From contig NZ_RBIE01000001.1 of NCBI RefSeq assembly GCF_003633715.1, positions 581,331 to 605,330 of the forward strand: DNA of 24,000 nt, written 5' to 3'. The notes under the pieces were generated by a model. It saw nothing but the letters and a program-made list of their open reading frames with translations. It was not told the DNA's origin and ran no database searches. Position 1 is the stretch's first letter; the number at the start of each line of letters is the position of its first letter. Source of the stretch: Thermovibrio guaymasensis (GTDB taxonomy: Bacteria; Aquificota; Aquificia; Desulfurobacteriales; Desulfurobacteriaceae). Positions 17,187-24,000 of this stretch are shown one piece after another. A program made the position numbers and the translations under genes.

Positions 17187-18002
17187 TCAGCCCGTAGCTT
17201 TCCCTTTTCTGCTTTTCCTACTCCGATAAATTCCTCTCCACTTACGACAGAGTACTTTCCTTCTGGGAGCTCCATTTCTAAATCTCTTTTTCTCTTCATC
17301 ACTTACTTCAAGTTTTGGGAAAGGGAGGACATCTTGAGGAGGAATTAGGTATCTCTCAATACCTTCTTCCTCTATCTTGTCTAGGGTTACAGCCATCTCC
17401 TCTCCGATGTTCCCTACTCTCGTTCGCCTTAAATCAGTTACAACTGCACTGCAGCCGAGCTCCTTTCCTATATCGTGAACTAGTGAGCGTACGTAGGTTC
17501 CTGAAGAGCAGCAGACTTTAAGGGTAAAGTAGGGGTAGTTAAAGTCAATGAGTTCAAGGGAGTACACCTCTACTTTCCTCGGTGGGAGCTCTACTTCCCT
17601 TCCCTCCCTTGCAAGCTGGTAGGCCTTTTTCCCTTTAATCCTTACTGCCGAATAGGGGGGAGGAACCTGCAGGATTTCTCCTGTAAACTTATTAAGGACT
17701 CTAAAGAGTTCCTCCTTCTTAATTTCCCTGCACTCAATCTTTTTAACCTTTCCATCTATATCGTAAGTGTCAGATTCAAGGCCGAATCTACCTGTTACTG
17801 TGTAACACTTATCCTGTTTTAATAGGTACTCAGAGAGCCTCGTTGCTTTTCCAACCGATAGGATAAGAATACCTGTAGCGAGGGGATCAAGGGTTCCTGT
17901 GTGACCTACTTTTACTCCTTTTGGGAGGAGTTTTCTAACTTTAGCTACAACATCGTGGGAAGTAAGCCCTTTAGGTTTGTCAACTATCAGGAATCCAACC
18001 AT
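17187..18002 (-). CDS. truB: tRNA pseudouridine(55) synthase TruB, with an apparent C-terminal frameshift (intact-frame stop at 17171-17173)
   Basis: The N-terminus is GFLIVDKPKGLTSHDVV and the catalytic-Asp block is GHTGTLDPLATG. After ...EEKKRFRNGAP the ORF runs into an atypical basic tail (RRKVLCRKWRGIYRSRKSRKGKATG). The +1 frame instead encodes EGKYSVVSGEEFIGVGKAEKGKLRAEKVIS*, a typical TruB PUA-domain end. See the findings. Confidence 0.9.
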   Translation of the reverse strand: MVGFLIVDKPKGLTSHDVVAKVRKLLPKGVKVGHTGTLDPLATGILILSVGKATRLSEYLLKQDKCYTVTGRFGLESDTYDIDGKVKKIECREIKKEELFRVLNKFTGEILQVPPPYSAVRIKGKKAYQLAREGREVELPPRKVEVYSLELIDFNYPYFTLKVCCSSGTYVRSLVHDIGKELGCSAVVTDLRRTRVGNIGEEMAVTLDKIEEEGIERYLIPPQDVLPFPKLEVSDEEKKRFRNGAPRRKVLCRKWRGIYRSRKSRKGKATG

Positions 18003-18590
18003 CTATTTATACTCGCACATATCATGTTCAGTGTTGACGAAGTTGGCAAAGTCAATAGGAACTTCTATTATTTTCTTATACTCCCTATCGCTCATTCTAT
18101 ACTTTACAGTGATTTTAAGGGTGTATATGAGGGACTTACTGTAATTTGAGTAAATTGGTTCTATTGTTTCTAGAAGGGCCTGGCTGTACGTTATCTCAAC
18201 TGTTCCGCTTCCATCTGCTGGAATATCGCTTCCGCTACAGAAAACGTAACTCTTCATCTCTTCAAGGAGCTTAGGATCTTTTGCTTCTTCAGGCATGTAT
18301 GGATTTGGGATAAACTCTACCGTGCATCCTTCAAAAGTAAGGTCGCTATCTTCTGTAAACTCCTCATCCATATCTGTTTTGGAGAGGTTAACGATTATAC
18401 TTTTTGTTTGTGGACTTCCGTATTCTGAGCAGGTATTATTTGTATCGTCCCAAGTTGTACAACAAATTATGTCCTGCTCAACTTTACTAACTGTTGTTGT
18501 TGAGGTAAGATCTCCTCCTCCTGAACCTGCCCCTCCACAGCTTACAAAGAGGAGTAGCAAAGGAGAGGCTATTCCAATTAATCTCTTCAT
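18003..18590 (-). CDS. Hypothetical Cys-rich acidic lipoprotein, with no family recognised
   Basis: The 195-aa protein has a signal peptide ending in the lipobox LFVS-C18, then a Gly/Ser/Thr linker (GGAGSGGGDLTSTTT). Six further Cys lie at positions 43, 44, 54, 89, 118 and 192. Its ATG forms an ATGA overlap with the pilQ stop, with GGAGGAG just upstream. Its TAG stop directly abuts the truB ATG (TAGATG). Confidence 0.6.
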   Translation of the reverse strand: MKRLIGIASPLLLLFVSCGGAGSGGGDLTSTTTVSKVEQDIICCTTWDDTNNTCSEYGSPQTKSIIVNLSKTDMDEEFTEDSDLTFEGCTVEFIPNPYMPEEAKDPKLLEEMKSYVFCSGSDIPADGSGTVEITYSQALLETIEPIYSNYSKSLIYTLKITVKYRMSDREYKKIIEVPIDFANFVNTEHDMCEYK

Positions 18591-20560
18591 TTTTCTCCTC
18601 CTAAAGTCTCTGTTCCTTCAGAGCTTACTAAAGTCGGAGTTATGAAGACGAGCAGTTGGCTTTTACTAATACTAATTTTGGTATTTTTAAACAACCAACC
18701 CAAAAGGGGAATCCTTGATAAGCCTGGGACACCGTTTGTTGACTTTGATTTTTCCTTTTCGTATATACCGCCGATTACAACGGTATGACCATTTTTAATT
18801 ATTACTTTTGACTTTACGTTCCTCGTATTTATAGCAGGTTCGTTGCTCCCTGTGACTGTTACGTAGTCGTAGTTAGGAGAATCTTTTCTAACTTCAAGGT
18901 CCAATATTATTTTTCCGTCATTTGTAATATGTGGCTTAACTTTTAAGATTAGGGAAGCCTTTTTAAAGTTAATGTTGTAACTTGTAGCTCCTCCGGCTCC
19001 TACAGTCGACTCTGTATACGGGATCTCTATACCCTGTTCAATGCTTGCTTCCTGGTTGTTTAAGGTAAGGACTTTAGGGCTTGAAATAATTTGTGCATCT
19101 CCGTTTAGCTCCATAGCCTTAAGGGCTAATTCAACTTTAATTGTTTGGCTTTTATTGAGTATTCCCAAAGCCAAGGTATTGTCAAATACGGGCATATTGG
19201 AGAGCTTCATGTATGTATCTGGAGTTATGAGAGGTGTGTAAGATGAGGTATTAAATCCGTAGGTTGAAGCGATGTACGTTGAATCTGTAGAATCTCCGAG
19301 TCTATTGTAACCACTTATATACCACGTGAAGCCAAGGTCTTTTTCAGCTCTAGTTCTAATCTGGACTATTTTTGCTTTGACTAAAACCTGTTTTCTCGGT
19401 TTATCGAGGGCAGAAATTAACTCCTTTATCTGTCGGTAGTGGCTCTCTGTTACTTTGAGAATTAAAGAGTTTGTATCTTTGTTGTAGTTTATCTTCTCTC
19501 TTGGATCAGAATCAATTACTGACTTAAGCTCTTTTATTATTTCATCAGCGCTTATAAAGCTGAGGGGAAGTATGTAGGTATGTACTGGTTCAAGTTTTTC
19601 CTGAACTACCAACTTCTTCTTAGGTAAAATCCTGTAGTAGGCTGGAGTTTCAACGAACGTAAGGTTAAGAGGATCAAGGATTGCTTTAAGGGCTTCCTTC
19701 CAATAAACAGGTTTTTTAAAGTCAACGTTGACTTTTCCCTTTACTTCAGGATCAAAGACGACGTTTATCTTTGCTATGTGGGCTATTGCTCTTACTACTG
19801 AGCATACATCTGCATTTGTGAAGTGGAGGGCTAATTTAGGTCCGTTATCTTTAGTTTTTACTGCTCCTTTTAAATTTCTGTTTTCTCTTAGACTATAGAG
19901 GGTGACGTATAGATTGTTTCTTTTAGTTGTTACTTGGGTTGCTGCAACTTTAGGTGATAGGATTAACTCTATTAAACCTTTTCCTTTAATGTTTTTTACC
20001 TCTATCCTTTCTACTAGATTGGCTGGTACTCTTTCCTTAGAAGGCTCAAAAGAGACTTTAGGAACTTCTATAAAGAATATATTCCCTACTTTTTTAAATT
20101 CGGGCTTAGAATCTGTTGGAAGTTCTATAACAACTTCCTCTCCTTGGATTGTTCTGATAACGTTAAACTTCGGTTTTATGAAGTTCCCTTCATAGACTTT
20201 AAGCTTGACCTTTGAACCTTCCTTTGAAACTTTAAGAGTTCCAGGTTTCGTTAGATCTATCTTTAAAAGCGTATTTCCATTAAAGGGTTTTAAAATGGCT
20301 CCTTTGACAAAGTTACCTCTCTTTCTGAGTGAATAAACTTCAGGTATTTTGCAGTTACTGAAGACAACTTCAATCGTCTTTCCCTTTCTTTTAGTAGATT
20401 TAATCTGACAACTTCCATCAGTCTTTACATCAACTTCAAGTAGGTCTCTTGGAGCTCCAGCAAAGTTCTCTTTTGTGTAGATAAAATCTACAGAGCTAAT
20501 CTGTCCTGCTATTGCTAAAGTATTTAAAGCCAATGCAAGGAGAATGGAGCGTTTAATCAT
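18587..20560 (-). CDS. pilQ: Type IV pilus secretin PilQ
   Basis: Two N-terminal AMIN-like beta modules are followed by an STN/N0-like segment (LALHFTNADVCSVVRAIAHIAKINVVFDPEV) and an N1 domain. The C-terminal secretin domain reads NGVPGLSRIPLLGWLFKN...LLVFITPTLV. The ORF-track start at 20581 is TTG. I prefer the ATG at 20560, which has GGAGGG 8 nt upstream and opens the signal peptide MIKRSILLALALNTLAIAGQ, giving 657 aa. Confidence 0.9.
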   Translation of the reverse strand: MIKRSILLALALNTLAIAGQISSVDFIYTKENFAGAPRDLLEVDVKTDGSCQIKSTKRKGKTIEVVFSNCKIPEVYSLRKRGNFVKGAILKPFNGNTLLKIDLTKPGTLKVSKEGSKVKLKVYEGNFIKPKFNVIRTIQGEEVVIELPTDSKPEFKKVGNIFFIEVPKVSFEPSKERVPANLVERIEVKNIKGKGLIELILSPKVAATQVTTKRNNLYVTLYSLRENRNLKGAVKTKDNGPKLALHFTNADVCSVVRAIAHIAKINVVFDPEVKGKVNVDFKKPVYWKEALKAILDPLNLTFVETPAYYRILPKKKLVVQEKLEPVHTYILPLSFISADEIIKELKSVIDSDPREKINYNKDTNSLILKVTESHYRQIKELISALDKPRKQVLVKAKIVQIRTRAEKDLGFTWYISGYNRLGDSTDSTYIASTYGFNTSSYTPLITPDTYMKLSNMPVFDNTLALGILNKSQTIKVELALKAMELNGDAQIISSPKVLTLNNQEASIEQGIEIPYTESTVGAGGATSYNINFKKASLILKVKPHITNDGKIILDLEVRKDSPNYDYVTVTGSNEPAINTRNVKSKVIIKNGHTVVIGGIYEKEKSKSTNGVPGLSRIPLLGWLFKNTKISISKSQLLVFITPTLVSSEGTETLGGEK

Positions 20561-20984
20561 TATTAAGACCCTCCGTATCAACGTTCAATTTAATCTCTTC
20601 TTTAATTAACTTACCTTTGAATTTCCTATATTTGAAAACAGTAATAGAACCGTTCGTTATCTTTGCTATTTTCTCATTGGGAGAAATAGGATCCCCTTCC
20701 GTTAGGATGAAAGTCTCTCCAGTTTCCGGATCTAATAGGACTAGGTAGCGTTTTCCATCTTTTTTAATTACTCCTTGAATGCTCAGTTTACTAAAGAGGA
20801 TATCTATTTTAGGTTTAAAGAGGTTTATTTCCTTTGGGATTTCCTTTAAAGTTTCTTTATTTTTATTTTCTATTAGAATTTGTTCCTTGGTGAGAATAGG
20901 ATTTATAAATGGATCTATCATTTCCTTTCCGGTTGCTGTTGCTGTCAACCCTAAAACTCCTGCTATTAGTAAGGCCCTTTTCAT
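20553..20984 (-). CDS. pilP: PilP-like pilus assembly protein
   Basis: The 143-aa protein has a signal peptide (MKRALLIAGVLGLTATATG) and a C-terminal beta domain (LSIQGVIKKDGKRYLVLLDPETGETFILTEGDPI...ITNGSITVF) resembling PilP. It lies between the pilO-like gene and pilQ. It contains no cysteine and therefore no lipobox. Confidence 0.6.
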   Translation of the reverse strand: MKRALLIAGVLGLTATATGKEMIDPFINPILTKEQILIENKNKETLKEIPKEINLFKPKIDILFSKLSIQGVIKKDGKRYLVLLDPETGETFILTEGDPISPNEKIAKITNGSITVFKYRKFKGKLIKEEIKLNVDTEGLNND

Positions 20985-20987
20985 TGT

Positions 20988-21584
20988 TTACCTCTTAAGA
21001 GTGAAAGCTTCAATTTCCATGTTGACTAAAATAGTGGCCTTTAAATTTTCTTCCCTTTTACCTCTTCTGTTTGTGGAGTGAGTTGAAGTAATCTTTATGT
21101 CTCCAAAGTTTATAATTCGGTTGGCACTTGCAAGCCTTTCACACCACTTTATAAAGGCTGGATAGGTTCCGCTAAGTTCTACCTTGTATGGGTAGGCAAT
21201 GTAGTACCTTTCGTTTCTTTGACCTTCTTTCTTTATGAATTTTATAGTCATTCCGCTGTCTGCATCGGTAATAGACTTGATTATTTGGCTCACCTCCTCT
21301 CTACCTGTAGGAAGTTTATTTTCTATCTCTTCTATTTCCCTGTTCAGTTCCTTAATTTTCCTTACAAGTTCTTTTTTTCTCTTTTCAACAATTTTGAGAC
21401 GGCTAACTGTAAGTCTTAACTGTTCTGCTTTTTGTTTCTTCTCGTTAAGTTCTTGTTTAAGGGGTAAGATTCTGATGTAGTAGAGAATAAAGAATAGGAG
21501 GATACCAACAAGTAGGATAATTAGCCATTTTTGCCACCTTGCCAGTTGGCCCCACTTCTCATATAGGCTCATTAAATATTCCAT
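20988..21584 (-). CDS. pilO: PilO-like pilus assembly protein
   Basis: The layout is a short cytoplasmic N-terminus, one TM helix (WLIILLVGILLFFILYYI), a long coiled coil and a C-terminal alpha/beta domain. It occupies the pilO position in the pilMNOPQ order. The track start at 21587 is GTG. The adjacent ATG at 21584 overlaps the pilN stop as TGATG. Confidence 0.62.
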   Translation of the reverse strand: MEYLMSLYEKWGQLARWQKWLIILLVGILLFFILYYIRILPLKQELNEKKQKAEQLRLTVSRLKIVEKRKKELVRKIKELNREIEEIENKLPTGREEVSQIIKSITDADSGMTIKFIKKEGQRNERYYIAYPYKVELSGTYPAFIKWCERLASANRIINFGDIKITSTHSTNRRGKREENLKATILVNMEIEAFTLKR

Positions 21585-22132
21585 CACTTTTGCTCCGCTT
21601 CAAACTCAAAGTTGTAGAAGTGGACTTTAAGGTTTACTTCTCTATTTTCATAGTCAACTCTTTTAGTTTGCTTAAACTTAACGTTGCCTATGCTATTCTC
21701 AACTTTTTTTAGAAAGGTAGGGAATTCCTTTATATTCCAGATATTTCCATTGACGTATACTCTTTTTGAAGAGAGTTTTAATTCATTAAGCCACACGCCT
21801 TTCATGTTCTCTTTTGAAGAGAAAAAGTATAAAGGTTTAGGAACCAGTCTCCTTCTGTCCAACTTAGTAACTACTTTTAATTTTTCCTCAAGTTCTCTTT
21901 TCTTTGCTGTAAGGTTCTTTTCTATACTTTGGATCTTCCTCAATCTTCTTTTTTCTGCTTGAAATTCTCTGATTTTCTGTCTTGTTGCTTCAATCTGGGA
22001 TTTTATAGAGTTTTCAAGAAATATTTCTACACTAAACGCCCCTAGTATTACGAGCACTAAGAAGAAAACATCCGGTTTTAAATACTTTTCAAAAGTTGAT
22101 TCTTTAACTTCGGCAAAGTTAAACCTTAGCAT
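21584..22132 (-). CDS. pilN: PilN-like pilus assembly protein
   Basis: The track start at 22141 is GTG. The ATG at 22132 gives MLRFNFAEV..., resembling the conserved PilN N-terminal PilM-binding peptide (M-I/L-R-L/F-N-L/F-L). One TM helix (VFFLVLVILGAFSV), a coiled coil and a C-terminal domain follow. GGGTGA lies 5 nt upstream of the ATG. Confidence 0.65.
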   Translation of the reverse strand: MLRFNFAEVKESTFEKYLKPDVFFLVLVILGAFSVEIFLENSIKSQIEATRQKIREFQAEKRRLRKIQSIEKNLTAKKRELEEKLKVVTKLDRRRLVPKPLYFFSSKENMKGVWLNELKLSSKRVYVNGNIWNIKEFPTFLKKVENSIGNVKFKQTKRVDYENREVNLKVHFYNFEFEAEQK

Positions 22133-23171
22133 CTTTGTCACCCTTATACCTTAGACTTAGTCCTGCTGCTACTGCAAATTCCTCACACTCGGGTATTCCT
22201 GAGAAGGCTAAGGGAGCTCCTTTTCTACACTCTTTACCTGTAAGTTCATTAAAGACATCCTCTATTCCTTTGAGCTTTGCCGTTCCTCCATAGAGGTAGA
22301 TTTTATTTACTTCAAGGTTAAACCTGTCCTTAAAATTCTCTATGGTCCAGAGAGTTTCAGTTATAATCTTCTTTAGAAATTTTACTTTTATGTCCGTAAT
22401 GTTTTCTGGTTTATACTCTTTTACACTTATAGTTTCTCCCCTTTTAAGTCTTTCTGCCTCTTCAAAACTTAGCATGAGTTCTTTTTGAATCTGCTCTGTA
22501 AGGGAAATTCCTCCATACTCAACGTTCCTCGTTATGTAGGGATAGCCCCCAAAGCTAATAATTATCTTTGTGTATGAAGCTCCAATATCCACCAAACATA
22601 CTGGAACGGCAGTTTGGTCCGGGTTATTCAAGTAGAACTGGTTATTGATAGCAGCAGGTTCTATATCTATCACTACAGGTTCAAGCCCTGCTTTTCTAAG
22701 TAGCTTTATCCTTCCTTCAAGGAAGTCCTTCCTTACTGCTGCAATGGCAATGTCCATGTTTCCTTTCTCAATGGATATTGGAAGGATTCTGTAGTCAATT
22801 TTGACTAAGGGAAACTCTTCAGGACTTATTATGCTTTGCATGTACTCTGTAACTGCTTCTTCTGGGTCTTTAGCAGCTGAGACGCTCAAAACACTGTAGA
22901 AGCAGGAATTTAAAGGTACGTGAATTACCACTTCTTTGTCCTTTATCTTCTGTTCCTTTAGTAATTCCTGTATTGAGTTAATAAGCTCAAATTCGTCTAT
23001 TATTTCAGTTCCTGCAAAAACTTGTTCCTTGTACTCCTTTAATCCGTAAGACTTAACCTTGTATAGACTTCCTTTCTTTTCTGACTGGACGATCTTTAAA
23101 GAGGAGGTTCCTATGTCTAATGCAGGGTAGAGGTAGTTACTTCCCTTTAGGAATTTACTTAGCCATCCCAT
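22119..23171 (-). CDS. pilM: Type IV pilus assembly ATPase-fold protein PilM
   Basis: The 350-aa actin-like protein has LDIGTSSLKIV (phosphate-1-like), VDIGASYTKI, and a C-terminal LYGGTAKLKG. It lies directly upstream of the pilN, pilO, pilP and pilQ genes. Confidence 0.87.
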   Translation of the reverse strand: MGWLSKFLKGSNYLYPALDIGTSSLKIVQSEKKGSLYKVKSYGLKEYKEQVFAGTEIIDEFELINSIQELLKEQKIKDKEVVIHVPLNSCFYSVLSVSAAKDPEEAVTEYMQSIISPEEFPLVKIDYRILPISIEKGNMDIAIAAVRKDFLEGRIKLLRKAGLEPVVIDIEPAAINNQFYLNNPDQTAVPVCLVDIGASYTKIIISFGGYPYITRNVEYGGISLTEQIQKELMLSFEEAERLKRGETISVKEYKPENITDIKVKFLKKIITETLWTIENFKDRFNLEVNKIYLYGGTAKLKGIEDVFNELTGKECRKGAPLAFSGIPECEEFAVAAGLSLRYKGDKDAKV

Positions 23172-23180
23172 TCCGTCCCC

Positions 23181-24000
23181 TTAAAGAGGTCTAATCGTGC
23201 TTATGCTTACTATTGGAAGTAGCAGAGCGTAAACAATGAAACCTATTACTAGTCCAACCATTAACATCGTAGCAGGCTCAAGTAGGGAAGTCAAGTTTTT
23301 TACTTTAAACTCAACTTCGTTTCTTAAATAATTTGCCGCTTTTTTACACATTAGACTTAACTCTCCGGATTTTTCTCCGGTCCTTATTAGTTGATTAACT
23401 ACTTTTGGAGCCCTTAACTTTGCTAGCTCCTTGTTTAAAGAAGTTCCCTTCTTAATTCCTTCTTTAACTTTAAAAAGTACCTTTTTAAGGTAAGTGTTCT
23501 TTACCGTTTCTGTAGCAGTTTCAAAAGCTTCTATTAGAGGTATTCCCGATGACAGTAAGTTTCCCAACGTATCAAAGAAGCGCTGCAGTTCTACGAAGAA
23601 GATTATCTTTCCAATTACAGGTATTTTTAGCTTAAATTCGTCAAAACTCTCTCTTTTCTTTGTAGCTGTAAAGAAGATTGTAGTTGTTAGTCCGGTTAGA
23701 AGAGCAAGTATAAGTGGATAATTTTGAGTTAATACACGGCTGACTCCTATTACGATTTTCGTACTGGTCGGCAGAGATAACCTTGCAGTTTTGTAGATTA
23801 CCACGACTTTAGGTATTACAACAGACATCATAAACACTACTACTGCTAACGCCACGACAAAGAGGACTGAAGGGTATATTAAGGCCTGAATGACTTTTCC
23901 TTTCAGTTCTTCTCTCTTTTCCAGTATCTCAGCAGCAGTTAAGAGGTTTTTGGTTAAGAGACCAGACTTTTCCCCAGACTTGACTAAGGCAATAACAATT
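23181..24000 (-). CDS. pilC: Type IV pilus platform protein PilC (GspF family), 5' end beyond the window
   Basis: The ORF-track start at 23855 is GTG, mid-protein. The same frame stays open to the window edge; my translation of 23856-23999 is IVIALVKSGEKSGLLTKNLLTAAEILEKREELKGKVIQALIYPSVLFVV. It contains a second GspF repeat with RTGEKSGELS and C-terminal TM helices. Confidence 0.87.
   Translation of the reverse strand, partial: IVIALVKSGEKSGLLTKNLLTAAEILEKREELKGKVIQALIYPSVLFVVALAVVVFMMSVVIPKVVVIYKTARLSLPTSTKIVIGVSRVLTQNYPLILALLTGLTTTIFFTATKKRESFDEFKLKIPVIGKIIFFVELQRFFDTLGNLLSSGIPLIEAFETATETVKNTYLKKVLFKVKEGIKKGTSLNKELAKLRAPKVVNQLIRTGEKSGELSLMCKKAANYLRNEVEFKVKNLTSLLEPATMLMVGLVIGFIVYALLLPIVSISTIRPL

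Noticed and set aside
20561-20581. The TTG-initiated 7-codon extension of pilQ (MIRRVLI). Similar GTG extensions occur in pilN (22133-22141) and pilO (21585-21587).
   Set aside because: ATG codons just downstream have better RBS spacing and give canonical N-termini: a signal peptide for PilQ, the PilM-binding peptide for PilN, and TGATG coupling for PilO.
17315-23721. Plus-strand ORFs across truB and the pilus cluster: 17315-17521, 17901-18149, 18295-18645, 19041-19241, 19902-20195, 20779-21081, 21219-21480, 21684-21962 and 23494-23721.
   Set aside because: All are antisense to the truB, lipoprotein and pil genes. Their F/L/S-rich translations arise from AT-rich antisense reading, and every one is fully nested in a better-supported gene.
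18587-24000. Interpreting the cluster as a type II secretion system (GspF/GspD) rather than a type IV pilus system.
   Set aside because: A PilM actin-like gene, followed by three small bitopic or periplasmic genes in PilN/O/P order and an AMIN-domain secretin, is the T4aP alignment-complex signature. No GspC, GspL or GspM-type genes or pseudopilin genes are present in the window.
1-24000. A window-wide search for CRISPR repeats, IS or transposase ends, integrase or att sites, tRNA genes, toxin-antitoxin pairs and defence-type genes.
   Set aside because: I found none. Every ORF of 60 aa or more is either assigned to a housekeeping or pilus function or is a shadow ORF. The intergenic gaps (at most 115 nt) are too short for tRNAs or arrays, and I saw no long direct or inverted repeats by eye.

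Overview
The window is densely packed, with about 26 protein-coding genes and only four intergenic gaps longer than 30 nt. I saw no rRNA, tRNA, CRISPR array, transposase, integrase or obvious repeat family. It reads as core chromosome of a (hyper)thermophilic bacterium: a full-length reverse gyrase is present, and RibH, SecDF and the Pil proteins look Aquificota-like. That lineage call is inference from remembered protein similarity, not a search.

There are four blocks:
1. Positions 7-6867, minus strand: an envelope-biogenesis operon of two SurA-like chaperones, secD, secF, lptF, lptG and nfi.
2. Positions 6983-12289, plus strand: yceD, rpmF, plsX, fabH, fabK, ribH, nusB and lpxI. rpmF is missing from the ORF track because it is only 59 aa.
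3. Positions 12397-17174: an iron-containing alcohol dehydrogenase (minus strand) divergent from reverse gyrase (plus strand).
4. Positions 17171-24000, minus strand: a type IV pilus assembly cluster, pilC (partial), pilM, pilN, pilO, pilP and pilQ. It is followed without a gap by an unrecognisable Cys-rich lipoprotein gene and then truB.

I do not see a convincing novel multi-gene system such as a defence island, toxin-antitoxin pair or mobile element. Three leads are worth following:
- The orphan lipoprotein is translationally coupled to the pilQ secretin gene.
- truB has a clear one-nucleotide frameshift in its C-terminal PUA region.
- The pilus block looks more AT-rich than the housekeeping genes it is fused to.

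Several ORF-track starts use GTG or TTG and are probably too long. I give corrected starts for pilQ, pilN, pilO and the 257-aa SurA-like ORF.
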